A DNA stretch of 64,000 nucleotides from Candidatus Latescibacterota bacterium. Lineage in GTDB: Bacteria > Latescibacterota > UBA2968 > UBA8231. Shown one piece after another: positions 50,849 to 60,283 of this stretch. The DNA is taken from assembly GCA_965248265.1 (NCBI GenBank), contig CBDFJF010000001.1, positions 576,001-640,000 on the forward strand, written 5' to 3'. The notes below the pieces were generated by a model, which made no database searches, was not told where the DNA came from, and worked only from the letters and a program-made list of their open reading frames with translations. Each line of letters starts with the position of its first letter. Position 1 is the stretch's first letter. Made by a program: the position numbers and the translations under genes.

Positions 50849-51262
50849 GTGCGAGTACTGATCGTCGACGACGAACCCACAATCAGGGAGTTCTTCACGC
50901 AGATGGCACGCAATCGGGGGTGCGATACGGCACACTCGGTTGATTCGGCTGAGGCAGCGCTCTCCACCGTACTGCGTCAGTCGTATGACCTCATCACCCT
51001 GGATATCCTGATGCCAGGCCTGAGCGGGCTGGAGATCATCGCGGTGTTGCGAAACATGAATCCTCACGCCGTCATCGCAGTGATTTCGGGCTTTATCCCT
51101 GAACAGATTCCCGAAGAAGTGGAAGGCTGCATCGACGTACTGCTGCCCAAACCGATCAGTGTCGAAACCTTCTCCGAGCTCATCGACATAGCGAGCCGGA
51201 TCTCCCAAATGCTGGAGGAGTTACAAACGCTGGGCGTATCCACGGAGGTCTCGGTTCGATGA
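50849..51262 (+). CDS. Single-domain response regulator
   Basis: LIVDDE, LDILMPGLSG, LPKP. Confidence 0.9.
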   Translation: MRVLIVDDEPTIREFFTQMARNRGCDTAHSVDSAEAALSTVLRQSYDLITLDILMPGLSGLEIIAVLRNMNPHAVIAVISGFIPEQIPEEVEGCIDVLLPKPISVETFSELIDIASRISQMLEELQTLGVSTEVSVR

Positions 51263-51314
51263 AGCCAATCCGCTAACCACCACATCTCCCACCCACCCAC
51301 TCACACACGCTCTC

Positions 51315-52499
51315 ATGCCCTCCCCCCTGGCAGGCAGATCCCCAGCGGCCTCGGAGTTGTTCGATATCCAGACCGTGGCCGCGGCAGTGATGCGATCATC
51401 CGCGTTGACGGAGACGTCGTTCGATGGCTCGGACGGCTCGTCGACCTTCGTCGACGCGGGTGATGCGGATCTATTGATCCGTGAGGACATATCGGGGCCG
51501 GTGCTGATAAAGGGCAAAGGCTCCGTTCTGATTGAAGGTGACCTCATCGGCGAGCCGGGTGCTCCCTGTCGCATCGAGGTTACAGGGGACGCGGTGGTCA
51601 ACGGTGAGGTCAGCCACGCCGCAGTCACCGCGGAGCGTGTCTTCGTCAAGAGCGACGTTTCCGAGGTGCACTTCACGGCCGGAGAGACCGTCCGCATTGG
51701 AGGAAATCTCACAGCTTCGCGGTTGACATTGGGAAGCTATGACGAGAATCGCCGCCGGATCGACCGCTGCGGTGTCGTCATCGACCGTGCCAAAGAGAGT
51801 GCGGAGGGAATCAGCCGGCGAGTCGACCACGAAGAGAAACGCATGGACAAGGCCTGCAGGGCCTTGCGGGTCCCACTCGACTTCAACGTCGGCAACGTGG
51901 TCCAGCATGATGAGGGCCGTGTCCGCGTGGACCTGAGTAATTTCTACCGCTCGGTCGAGGACAAGGAAGCCCGGCCGGAAATCGCCCTGGCTGAATTCTT
52001 CGCTAAAGGGGTTGTTGGAGTAGTCGCACGCACCAATCGCAAGTACCTCCTCAACTACCCGGCTCGCGAGAAAGTCTTCATGCAGTTACTCAAGAGTCTG
52101 CGTGAACTCCTCGAAATAGTCATGGAGCGGGACCGCCTGCTGGAGGAAGTGTCGACCTCGCGGGCCGAGTTGCAGGACCTGATAAGCGACCTCGCCCAGC
52201 GTCAGCCGACCGTGGCAATCCGGGGACGCGTTGCACCGGATCTCGAAATCGAGTTCATTCTCCCGCAGTCGATCCCTCTGACCGGCGGTGGATACGACTT
52301 CGCTCACAAGAGCGCGGGACTGCAGGCGCATCAGAGCAGCCTTCCCGGTCAGCTCGATTTCATCACCAGAACCGCCTCCGGCGAGCGCCGAAATGTCCTT
52401 CCTTCCGATGTGCCAGACCTGCGTGGCATCCAGCTGTTCGTCCGCGATGGTCATATCCGCTGGGACAACATCAACACCATGGAAATGCAGCACGCCTGA
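51315..52499 (+). CDS. Hypothetical protein with a beta-solenoid (FapA/DUF342-like) region and a coiled coil
   Basis: Repeated V/I-x-G-D/N strands (VLIEGDL, EVTGDAVVNGEV, VRIGGNL) followed by helical regions. Confidence 0.55.
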   Translation: MPSPLAGRSPAASELFDIQTVAAAVMRSSALTETSFDGSDGSSTFVDAGDADLLIREDISGPVLIKGKGSVLIEGDLIGEPGAPCRIEVTGDAVVNGEVSHAAVTAERVFVKSDVSEVHFTAGETVRIGGNLTASRLTLGSYDENRRRIDRCGVVIDRAKESAEGISRRVDHEEKRMDKACRALRVPLDFNVGNVVQHDEGRVRVDLSNFYRSVEDKEARPEIALAEFFAKGVVGVVARTNRKYLLNYPAREKVFMQLLKSLRELLEIVMERDRLLEEVSTSRAELQDLISDLAQRQPTVAIRGRVAPDLEIEFILPQSIPLTGGGYDFAHKSAGLQAHQSSLPGQLDFITRTASGERRNVLPSDVPDLRGIQLFVRDGHIRWDNINTMEMQHA

Positions 52500-52556
52500 C
52501 GTCAACCCGGGACGACCAACCTCCCCCTCCTCCCGCAACACAGGAGTTGCGGTGCC

Positions 52557-53132
52557 GTGCGCATCGTAACGGGCACCCTGAAGGGAAGGGTCATCCCCTT
52601 CAACCCGCGGCGCCACGGCGATGTCCGGGGCACCTCGTCTCGTCTCAAGGAGTCCCTCTTCGCCATGCTGGGCGCTGACCTCGACGCCACGGCCTTCCTG
52701 GATCTGTGCGCCGGCACCGGTCAGATGGCTCTGGAAGCCGCCAGCCGCGGATCCCGCGTCGTCGCCTCCGAGCCGGACCAGAGACGGTATGGGTTTCTGA
52801 AGAAGCTGGTCAGCGAGTGGAATGTTGAAGCCATTGAGCTGATCAACGCCAAGGCTCAGACTGTGATCGAGCGCCTCCAGGAGCAGGAGGAAGGGGCATT
52901 CCATTGCGTCTTTATCGATCCCCCCTACGAGGCCACGGCCGCAGGAGAACCGCTATCTGTGGTCCTGTTGAACCGTGTCGCCGAGGCCAACCTGTGCGCC
53001 GCTGACAGCATCGTCGCCGTGCAACACTTCAAGCGACTGGAGCTGCCCGAAAGCAGCGGCCGGCTACGCCTGCAACGCCAGCGGCGTTTCGGTGACTCGC
53101 TGTTGAGCCTGTACGAAATGGGCCCTTCTTGA
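52557..53132 (+). CDS. rsmD: RsmD-family rRNA methyltransferase
   Basis: MRIVTGTLKGR, FLDLCAGTGQMALEAASRG, FIDPPY. Confidence 0.88.
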   Translation: MRIVTGTLKGRVIPFNPRRHGDVRGTSSRLKESLFAMLGADLDATAFLDLCAGTGQMALEAASRGSRVVASEPDQRRYGFLKKLVSEWNVEAIELINAKAQTVIERLQEQEEGAFHCVFIDPPYEATAAGEPLSVVLLNRVAEANLCAADSIVAVQHFKRLELPESSGRLRLQRQRRFGDSLLSLYEMGPS

Positions 53133-53164
53133 TCCCGAAACGGCGCTCCAGTATCCTTGCCTGA

Positions 53165-54253
53165 ATGAAGATCACTTCCGTCACCGCTACGGCCGTGAGC
53201 GTGCCGAGGGTGCAATCATTCCTGAGCAGTCTCGGAACCCACACCTACACCGAGAATGCGGTGGTCGAAGTCACCACGGACGAGGGCATTTCCGGTTTTG
53301 GTGAGGCCGCCAGCGTCTGGGAACGCAAGGGCCGCGGTGAGGCCGATTCCATCAACGATGCGTTGGCCAACGTCGTCATCGGCACTGATCCCTTCCGCAT
53401 CAACCAGACGGTGGCGCTCATGAACCAGCGCCTGCCAGATGCCTGGCCCGCCAAATCCGGAATCGAGATGGCCTTGTTCGACGTCGTCGGCAAGGCTTTG
53501 GGCCGGCCGGTCTACGATCTGCTGGGAGGCTGTGTTCGTGACCGTCTGCCGCTGAGTCGCTCCCTGTCGATGGGTCCCGTCGACGACGTCGTCGCTCAGG
53601 CGCGTCTCCTCGCGGACGAAGGCTACAAGACGCTGAAAGCAAAAATCGGCCGGGATGCGGTAGCAGACCGGGCCATTGTCGCCGCCCTGCGTGAGGCCTT
53701 CCCGGAAATCATATTGCGTGTCGACGCCAACATGGGCTGGCAGCCTGATGATGCGGTGCGCCACATCCGCGCCCTCGAGGAGTTCGATCTGGAACTGGTT
53801 GAGCAACCAGTACCCGGTGACGACCTTGATGGCATGCGATTGATCCGGGAGGCCGTCGAAGTACCGATCATGGCGGACGAATCCGTGTGGACATCCGCCC
53901 ACGCGCTCGCCTGTATCAAGGCCAATGCCGCGGATATCTTCAATGTCTATGTCGCAGAAGCCGGCGGTCTCGCTGCTGCGACTGCCGTTTTTACCCTCGC
54001 GGAAGCAGCGGGTATCCCCTGCGTGATCGGCTCGATGCCGGAACTCGGCATCGGCACCGCCGCCCAGGCCCATCTCGCCTTCGCCATGCGCAACATCGGT
54101 TTTGGTTGTGACGTCAATGGGTTCGTCTATCAGAGCGACGATGTCTGTGACCATGGGTTGAGGATCGAAGACGGCTATCTTTACCCCCCTCGCGGTCCGG
54201 GACTTGGCGTCGATGTCGACAGGGCCCGGGTCGACCAGTACCGCGTCGCCTGA
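53165..54253 (+). CDS. Enolase superfamily enzyme (muconate lactonizing enzyme subgroup)
   Basis: KAKIG, metal ligands VDAN / EQP / ADES, and GPGLG. Confidence 0.9.
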   Translation: MKITSVTATAVSVPRVQSFLSSLGTHTYTENAVVEVTTDEGISGFGEAASVWERKGRGEADSINDALANVVIGTDPFRINQTVALMNQRLPDAWPAKSGIEMALFDVVGKALGRPVYDLLGGCVRDRLPLSRSLSMGPVDDVVAQARLLADEGYKTLKAKIGRDAVADRAIVAALREAFPEIILRVDANMGWQPDDAVRHIRALEEFDLELVEQPVPGDDLDGMRLIREAVEVPIMADESVWTSAHALACIKANAADIFNVYVAEAGGLAAATAVFTLAEAAGIPCVIGSMPELGIGTAAQAHLAFAMRNIGFGCDVNGFVYQSDDVCDHGLRIEDGYLYPPRGPGLGVDVDRARVDQYRVA

Positions 54254-54265
54254 GGCAGCTGCACT

Positions 54266-55027
54266 ATGCGCTTTCGACCTTGCATCGACCTCCACCAGGG
54301 GGTGGTGAAGCAGATCGTCGGTTCGACTCTGGAGAATGGCACGGACACGCCGGAGACCAATTTCGCTTCCAGCGAGCACTCTGCCGCCGATTTTGCCGCT
54401 CTTTATCGGCGTGACAACCTGTCAGGCGGCCACGTCATCAAGCTGGGGCCCGGCAATGATGAGGCCGCTGCCGCTGCCCTGGCGGCATACCCGGCAGGTC
54501 TGCATCTGGGTGGTGGTATCACGGGCGACAACGCTGAAGACTGGTTGAGCAAGGGTGCCGCGGCCATCATCGTCACCTCATACGTGTTCAGCGATGGCCA
54601 GCTCAATCGAGACCATCTCGAGCAGCTGGCGCATAGTGTAGGGACCGACAAACTGGTGCTGGACCTGAGCTGTACCCGACGTGGCGATCAGTATGTCGTG
54701 GCCACGGAGCGCTGGCAGAATCTGACGGATTTCGTCGTCGATGGGGCAAACCTGAAGTTCCTCGCGGATTATTGTTGCGAGTTTCTCGTCCACGCCACCG
54801 AGCGCGAAGGTAAGCAGGAAGGGATCGATGCGGAGCTGGTGCGACTACTGGGCGCGGAGTCACCGATCGCGACTGTCTACGCCGGCGGCATCCGCAGTAT
54901 GGAGGATATCGAGACGGTGAGACAGCAAGGTGGAGGCCGCCTCGACTATACCGTCGGCAGCGCCCTGGACATCTTCGGTGGCAACGGCGTCCGCTACGAC
55001 GACCTCGTCAGCCTGAATCGGAGTTGA
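54266..55027 (+). CDS. hisA: ProFAR isomerase, eukaryotic His6-type
   Basis: MRFRPCIDLHQGVVKQIVGSTL, GGHVIKLG, TVGSALDIFGG. Confidence 0.93.
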   Translation: MRFRPCIDLHQGVVKQIVGSTLENGTDTPETNFASSEHSAADFAALYRRDNLSGGHVIKLGPGNDEAAAAALAAYPAGLHLGGGITGDNAEDWLSKGAAAIIVTSYVFSDGQLNRDHLEQLAHSVGTDKLVLDLSCTRRGDQYVVATERWQNLTDFVVDGANLKFLADYCCEFLVHATEREGKQEGIDAELVRLLGAESPIATVYAGGIRSMEDIETVRQQGGGRLDYTVGSALDIFGGNGVRYDDLVSLNRS

Positions 55028-55031
55028 CGGC

Positions 55032-56390
55032 TCAGCTGCCGCCCGTCCATTTGAGGTAGAGGTTGATGGCGGTGAAGTTGATGATCACCCAAATCGTCAG
55101 CATCAAGCCCAGTTCCGCCCACATCGGCATGCGAACCTTGCTGGCCGTGCGCATGGCTAGGTGTACGATGCCGTACGCCAACGGGATCAACAACAGGTTG
55201 TTGGCGTTGGCCCCCAGCAGCAGCAGAAAGAACGGATTCTTACCGTACCCCCAGAGCACGAACAACCACAACAGCGGAAATCCGATCTGCAGCGCACGCA
55301 GAGTCATCCGCCGGGCTTCTTCGCGATCCAATGCAGCAACCCCTATGTGGCGCAGGAAGTCAATACCGATACGACCAGAGCTGGCGGCGAAGACAAGCAG
55401 CGTCGAGAACAGGGTACAGAAGGCACCGAAAAGGAAGACTCCTTCCGCCCAAGTCCCGATCGATTCGGTGAATATCAGCGAGACCTGTTCAACGACCTTG
55501 AAGCCCTCGGGAATGACGTTGAGCTTGTTCAATATGGATGCACCCAACAGGTAATAGGCACACGTGATCACCAGGGCGATCGCCGTGCACACAGAGGCGT
55601 CGGCGACCAGCACACGCATCCAGCCGCGATAGCGATCCCGCCAGACATCTGTATCCTCCTGAGGCCCGACGAAATCGGGGTAGCCCTTTTCCCGGATCCA
55701 GTAGGGATACATGAACAGCTCGACAGCCGTGGCTCCCACTGACCCCATCACGGCCAGTGCCACGAAGGCACCTTCGGCTGGCATGGCAAAGCGAAAGCCA
55801 GATAGCAATTGCGCGCCTGTGATCGAGTGCTCCGTCGCCTGCAGCATCAGTACGGAGCCGATGACGATCAGACTGAAGGCGGCCACCAGGAAGGTTACCA
55901 TCTTCTCCAGGTCGTTGTAGAGGCCTCGCCATAGCAGGATTGACAATAGAATCACGACAGGTAACGCCCACGCCTCTTTGCTGATGCCGTCGAAGACCGT
56001 GTTCATCAAACCGGAGACGGCGCCGAGAATGCCGACCAGAGCGAGCATGACGCCCAGGTAACCCGCCGAGCACAGCCAGGCGACCCACGAGGTGTTGCGA
56101 AAGCGGAATCCGGCTATCCGGTCGAGTGCCTGAATCGTCGTCTGATTGTGCAGCACGCACTGCCGTCCGAGCTCGACCTGGATGAAGAACTTGACCAGAC
56201 AAGCGACGATGATGCCCCACAGAAACACGAACCCGACCTCCGCCCCCATGCGTGTGGTCACCAGTAACTCGCCGGAACCCACCACGGATCCGGAGACCAC
56301 GACCCCGGGACCGATGTTGCGCAATAGTCCAAGAAGGCCACGCGGTGCTTCGCGAATCTCTCTTGCTACTGGCTCGACTCGATCTGACAT
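55032..56390 (-). CDS. Nramp-like (APC fold) transporter
   Basis: IGPGVVVSGSVVGSGEL, KFFIQVELGR and many TM helices. Start at ATG 56390. Confidence 0.85.
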   Translation of the reverse strand: MSDRVEPVAREIREAPRGLLGLLRNIGPGVVVSGSVVGSGELLVTTRMGAEVGFVFLWGIIVACLVKFFIQVELGRQCVLHNQTTIQALDRIAGFRFRNTSWVAWLCSAGYLGVMLALVGILGAVSGLMNTVFDGISKEAWALPVVILLSILLWRGLYNDLEKMVTFLVAAFSLIVIGSVLMLQATEHSITGAQLLSGFRFAMPAEGAFVALAVMGSVGATAVELFMYPYWIREKGYPDFVGPQEDTDVWRDRYRGWMRVLVADASVCTAIALVITCAYYLLGASILNKLNVIPEGFKVVEQVSLIFTESIGTWAEGVFLFGAFCTLFSTLLVFAASSGRIGIDFLRHIGVAALDREEARRMTLRALQIGFPLLWLFVLWGYGKNPFFLLLLGANANNLLLIPLAYGIVHLAMRTASKVRMPMWAELGLMLTIWVIINFTAINLYLKWTGGS

Positions 56391-56470
56391 CGTCTTAGTC
56401 CTGTGCAGGGTTGGTTGTGATTGCGCTATCCACTCGCGGAATACCTGCGCGTGTTCCCTTTCGCTCGGAG

Positions 56471-57151
56471 CTACTCGGCGAACAATTGGGCGTTGCCGCG
56501 CTTGCCGGTCACCTGCAGGGCGCCCATGCGCCTGAGGCAATAGGTCATCTTGCCGGCGAGCGCCAGGCGATAGCGCGTGGCCTCGGCGAGCTCTCGATTG
56601 GTAAACGGCCGCGGCAGGTCTGCCGGCACAAAGGCGAGGAAATCGTCGGCCTTCTCGAAGATGCGTCGTTCCTCGACATCCACCAGGCGGCGGTCGTGTC
56701 GCCGCCACTCCGGGTGACGCCAGCTCCCCTTACCGTCGTAGCAGCGGACCTCTTCTTCCTGAATCAGCAACAGCTCCAACGAAAAACTGTCATGGTTGAT
56801 CAAGTCCGGAATGCTGACCAGCTCTTCGAATATGTGCTCGGCCCGCCCGCGCTTGGGTGAACGGCGGCGTCCGATCTCTTTTACCCCGTCCGCCGCGACG
56901 CGCACGATCCACTTCATGGCCGCGATCGGATGCACGAGACGCACCGTGTAGTCAGCGGTCAATTCCCGCAGCTTGCGCTTGAGCGGTGCAAACCCTCCCG
57001 TCTGGATCTCGATCAGGGTGGTTTCGTCGCGCACGATGTCGACGACATAACCGTCCACCGCGTGCTCGAGACGGTCCCCCGGACTGGCGTACCAGTCTTT
57101 GACGGCGGCGTGCAGGGACTTCTCCTGCAGCGTACCGATGCCGTTGGTCAA
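56471..57151 (-). CDS. Hypothetical PD-(D/E)XK-like protein
   Basis: IGTLQEKSLHAAVK, VDGYVVDI, IEIQT and a possible C-terminal winged helix. Start approximate (the ORF extends to 57217). Confidence 0.6.
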   Translation of the reverse strand: MTNGIGTLQEKSLHAAVKDWYASPGDRLEHAVDGYVVDIVRDETTLIEIQTGGFAPLKRKLRELTADYTVRLVHPIAAMKWIVRVAADGVKEIGRRRSPKRGRAEHIFEELVSIPDLINHDSFSLELLLIQEEEVRCYDGKGSWRHPEWRRHDRRLVDVEERRIFEKADDFLAFVPADLPRPFTNRELAEATRYRLALAGKMTYCLRRMGALQVTGKRGNAQLFAE

Positions 57152-57255
57152 ATGATTCCTGGCCTGCGATTGCGGAGAGAGAAAACGTTGAGGGAGTGCA
57201 GCCACTCGAGTGAGCAACTGCTGAACTGAAAGGTAAGGTCAGTTGTGCAGGGCTG

Positions 57256-58809
57256 TCACGCCGCCTTCCCCGTCACCGGCAGGATGATGGTGAAGGTGGA
57301 GCCCTTTCCCGGCTCGCTTTCGACGTCGATCCGACCAGCGTGATCCTGCATGATCTGGTAGCAGATCGACAGTCCGAGACCCGTTCCCATGCCCACAGCC
57401 TTTGTGGTGTAACCCGCATCGAAGATCCTGTCGATGCGCTCGGGGTCGATACCGACTCCGTCGTCAGCGATGGCAACGTGGACTTCGTCATCGGCCGCCG
57501 ATGTGGTGATGGTGATCAGGCCGGTGCCGTCGATGGCCTGCTGTGCGTTGTTGAGAATATTGAGGAAAACCTGGTTGATGCGTCCCGCGTGGCAGGAAAC
57601 CAGGGGCAGTTGCCCGTACTGCTTAACCACTTCGATCCTGGTCTTCGTCGCATGATGAATCAGCATCAATGAATCCTCGAGGCCCTGGTGTAGATCAGCA
57701 TCCTGCATCTCGTCATCGTCGTCACGGGCGAAGTTGCGCAGGCTGCGCACGATCGTGGCGACGCGTTTGGACCCGGTCTCGATCACCTTGTGCGAATCGT
57801 CGATGACCTTCAGTGCGCGCTCCAACGGGCCACCTTCGCGACAGGCCTCCGGGCTCTTCTCCTCCACCTTACACCTGAGCTTGCCGACGGCGCGCATCAG
57901 CGTCTCGTGCATGCTGTGGATGGCGCCCACCGGGGTGTTGATCTCATGCGCGATGCCGGCGATGAGATTGCCCAGCGCGGCCATTTTTTCCGAACGCACC
58001 AACCGGTCCTTCATCTGCAGAAGCTGGGTGTTGGTCCGCCGAAGCTCCTCGCGCTCTTCCTGTCGCAGGCGCTCCTGCTGCTTGCGTTCCGTTATATCGC
58101 GCGCGAAACCGACGACGCAGTTCAGCTTTTCGTCGCTGCCCATGACCGGAAAGGCGCTGATCTCTATCTCGATCTCACGTCCATCCTTCGTCTTCGACGT
58201 TACTTCACCACGGTAGCCGCCCTGCTCCAGTTCCTTGCCGACTTCCTCGTAACTTTCCTGACCGCAATGACAGGCAGGTGTCTGGCCCTTGAGCTCCTCG
58301 GACGTGTACCCGAGCATGCGCTCGTGGGCAGGATTGACCTCCAGGTAGCGCCCTTCACAATCGTATATGGCGACGGCATCCTGGGAGTTCGTGATGATCT
58401 CTTTGTAGCGCTGCAGCTGTAGTTCAGTCTCTTTGTGCTCGGTCACATCGCGGGCGATGCCCTCGCCGCGAACGAACTCTCCGTCTTCGAACACCAGCCG
58501 CCGGTGCACCTCGTAGTGATGGGTTTCGCCCTCCTTGTCGACCATGCGCGCCTCGATGGTGCGCACCTCCTCATCCCGGCGCCGGACACTCTCCTCTATT
58601 CCGGCTCGGGCTTTCTCGAGTTCATCAGGATGGAGCAAGTCGAAGATGGACTTGCCGATCAGCTCGGAGGGAGCATACCCGAGAATCGGACCGGCCGACT
58701 CGTTGATGGATGTCAGCTTACCCTCGGCATCCATCGTGTAGACGACGTCGGGAGCGCTGTCGAGTATCAACGATATCTGGCTTTCTACATCCATATGCAC
58801 ATCACACAA
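57256..58809 (-). CDS. PAS-PAS sensor histidine kinase (cytoplasmic)
   Basis: Two PAS/PAC domains (ARDVTE, ARDITE), H-box AHEINTP, N-box NQVFLNILNNA and G-boxes. Confidence 0.95.
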   Translation of the reverse strand: MCDVHMDVESQISLILDSAPDVVYTMDAEGKLTSINESAGPILGYAPSELIGKSIFDLLHPDELEKARAGIEESVRRRDEEVRTIEARMVDKEGETHHYEVHRRLVFEDGEFVRGEGIARDVTEHKETELQLQRYKEIITNSQDAVAIYDCEGRYLEVNPAHERMLGYTSEELKGQTPACHCGQESYEEVGKELEQGGYRGEVTSKTKDGREIEIEISAFPVMGSDEKLNCVVGFARDITERKQQERLRQEEREELRRTNTQLLQMKDRLVRSEKMAALGNLIAGIAHEINTPVGAIHSMHETLMRAVGKLRCKVEEKSPEACREGGPLERALKVIDDSHKVIETGSKRVATIVRSLRNFARDDDDEMQDADLHQGLEDSLMLIHHATKTRIEVVKQYGQLPLVSCHAGRINQVFLNILNNAQQAIDGTGLITITTSAADDEVHVAIADDGVGIDPERIDRIFDAGYTTKAVGMGTGLGLSICYQIMQDHAGRIDVESEPGKGSTFTIILPVTGKAA

Positions 58810-59284
58810 AGGCTTTGAGAATATCCGTCTGAATCCCCTGCAGATCGGAATACGCTTTGTTGATTTTGTCGATTTTCTCTCGCAGGGTGCTCAGTAATTC
58901 TTGCTTATCGAGGCCATTTCGTATTACCAGAAGCAGGTCGTCGTTATCCCAGGGCTTTTCGAGGTACTGGAAGAGCCCGACATCGTTGATCGCCTTGATC
59001 GCGTTCTCCTTGTCGGCGTATCCCGTCAGTATGATACGCGTCACGTCGGGCTTGAGATCGCGCAGCTGTCCGAGAAAGGAGATTCCGTCCATGTCCGGCA
59101 TCAGGTAGTCGGAGATCACCAGGTGGATGTCATTTTCCTTCGCGTACTCCAACGCCTCCAGTGGTGACAGAAAGGTCTGAACCTGGTAGTCCGTTTCCAG
59201 CGAAAGAAAGGACTCCAGACTGGTGAGAACCATCTGCTCGTCGTCGACGATCAGTATGCTCGGGATGCGTTCCTGTTCACTCAT
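58802..59284 (-). CDS. Response regulator (REC plus coiled-coil tail), copy 2
   Basis: IVDDE, SDYLMP, LTGY, EKPW. Confidence 0.93.
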   Translation of the reverse strand: MSEQERIPSILIVDDEQMVLTSLESFLSLETDYQVQTFLSPLEALEYAKENDIHLVISDYLMPDMDGISFLGQLRDLKPDVTRIILTGYADKENAIKAINDVGLFQYLEKPWDNDDLLLVIRNGLDKQELLSTLREKIDKINKAYSDLQGIQTDILKAFV

Positions 59285-59787
59285 GAGAACGCCTTCAAGA
59301 TCTCCGTCTGGATTCCCTGCAGATCGGAGTGCGCCTTGTTGATCGCATCGATCTTGGTCCGCAACTCCTTTATCAGCTGCTGCTTCTCCAGGCCGTTGCG
59401 TATGATCAGGTGCAAGCGATCATTGTCCCACGGCTTTTCGACGTACTGGAACAAACCAACCTCGTTTATCGCCTTGATGGCATTCTCTTTATCAGAATAC
59501 CCGGTCAGAATGATGCGCGGTACGTCAGGTTGAACGGCTTTCACTTTGCCGAGAAAGGTGATGCCATCCATCTGCGGCATCAGGTAGTCCGAGATCACCA
59601 TGTCCACAGGATTCTGTGCAACGTGCTCGAGAGCTTCCTCGGGGTTGGTGAAGGTCCGGACCTCGTAGTCTGTCTCCAACATCAGGAAGGAATTGAGACT
59701 GTTGAGGACCATCTCCTCATCGTCGACGATGAGGACCACTTCGTTGGCTGGTGAGCCGTTGCTGCTACTTCCGTTCCCTTCGCTCAT
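59281..59787 (-). CDS. Response regulator (REC plus coiled-coil tail), copy 1
   Basis: IVDDE, SDYLMP, LTGY, EKPW; a paralog of the next gene. Confidence 0.93.
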   Translation of the reverse strand: MSEGNGSSSNGSPANEVVLIVDDEEMVLNSLNSFLMLETDYEVRTFTNPEEALEHVAQNPVDMVISDYLMPQMDGITFLGKVKAVQPDVPRIILTGYSDKENAIKAINEVGLFQYVEKPWDNDRLHLIIRNGLEKQQLIKELRTKIDAINKAHSDLQGIQTEILKAFS

Positions 59788-59820
59788 GTCAGATATCCTA
59801 TTGGGTTTTCCTTATGTCCG

Positions 59821-60237
59821 CTACCGCTCGCCGCCGACACGACCGATCAGACCTCGCACGCGCGAGACCAGGGCCTTCAACACGCCCTGGGTGATCTCGA
59901 CGTTGTCGGCGAGCAAGTCTATGAAGTCATCCTTGTCGAGGCGCAGCACCATGGCATCTTCGCGTGCGGTCGCAGCCGATACCCTCGGTTCCTCGTCGAA
60001 CAGGGCCCATGTGCCGAAGGCCTGGCCGGGACCGGATTCGGTGATATCGAGCTCCTCTTTGTGCAGCCGCACCTTCCCCTCGACAACCAGGTACATCGAA
60101 TCGGCGGCGTCTTTGTCGTTGTAGGCGGCGTAGTCGTGCTCCGTGACGATGGCAGCCAGGTAGGCCAACTCCTCCGCCGAAACCTGCGAGAAGATGTCCA
60201 CGTCCTGCAGGGCGATGACTTTTTCAATTGTCGTCAT
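59821..60237 (-). CDS. Cyclic nucleotide-binding domain protein
   Basis: TTIEKVIALQDVDIF, MYLVVEGKV, FGTWALFDEEPR. Confidence 0.88.
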   Translation of the reverse strand: MTTIEKVIALQDVDIFSQVSAEELAYLAAIVTEHDYAAYNDKDAADSMYLVVEGKVRLHKEELDITESGPGQAFGTWALFDEEPRVSAATAREDAMVLRLDKDDFIDLLADNVEITQGVLKALVSRVRGLIGRVGGER

Positions 60238-60283
60238 AACTTCATCATAATTAATCGTTTGGCAAGGTCAACTGGACCGGCCC

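Noticed and set aside
53216-54379. 387-aa minus-strand ORF
   Set aside because: Antisense shadow of the enolase-superfamily gene and hisA.
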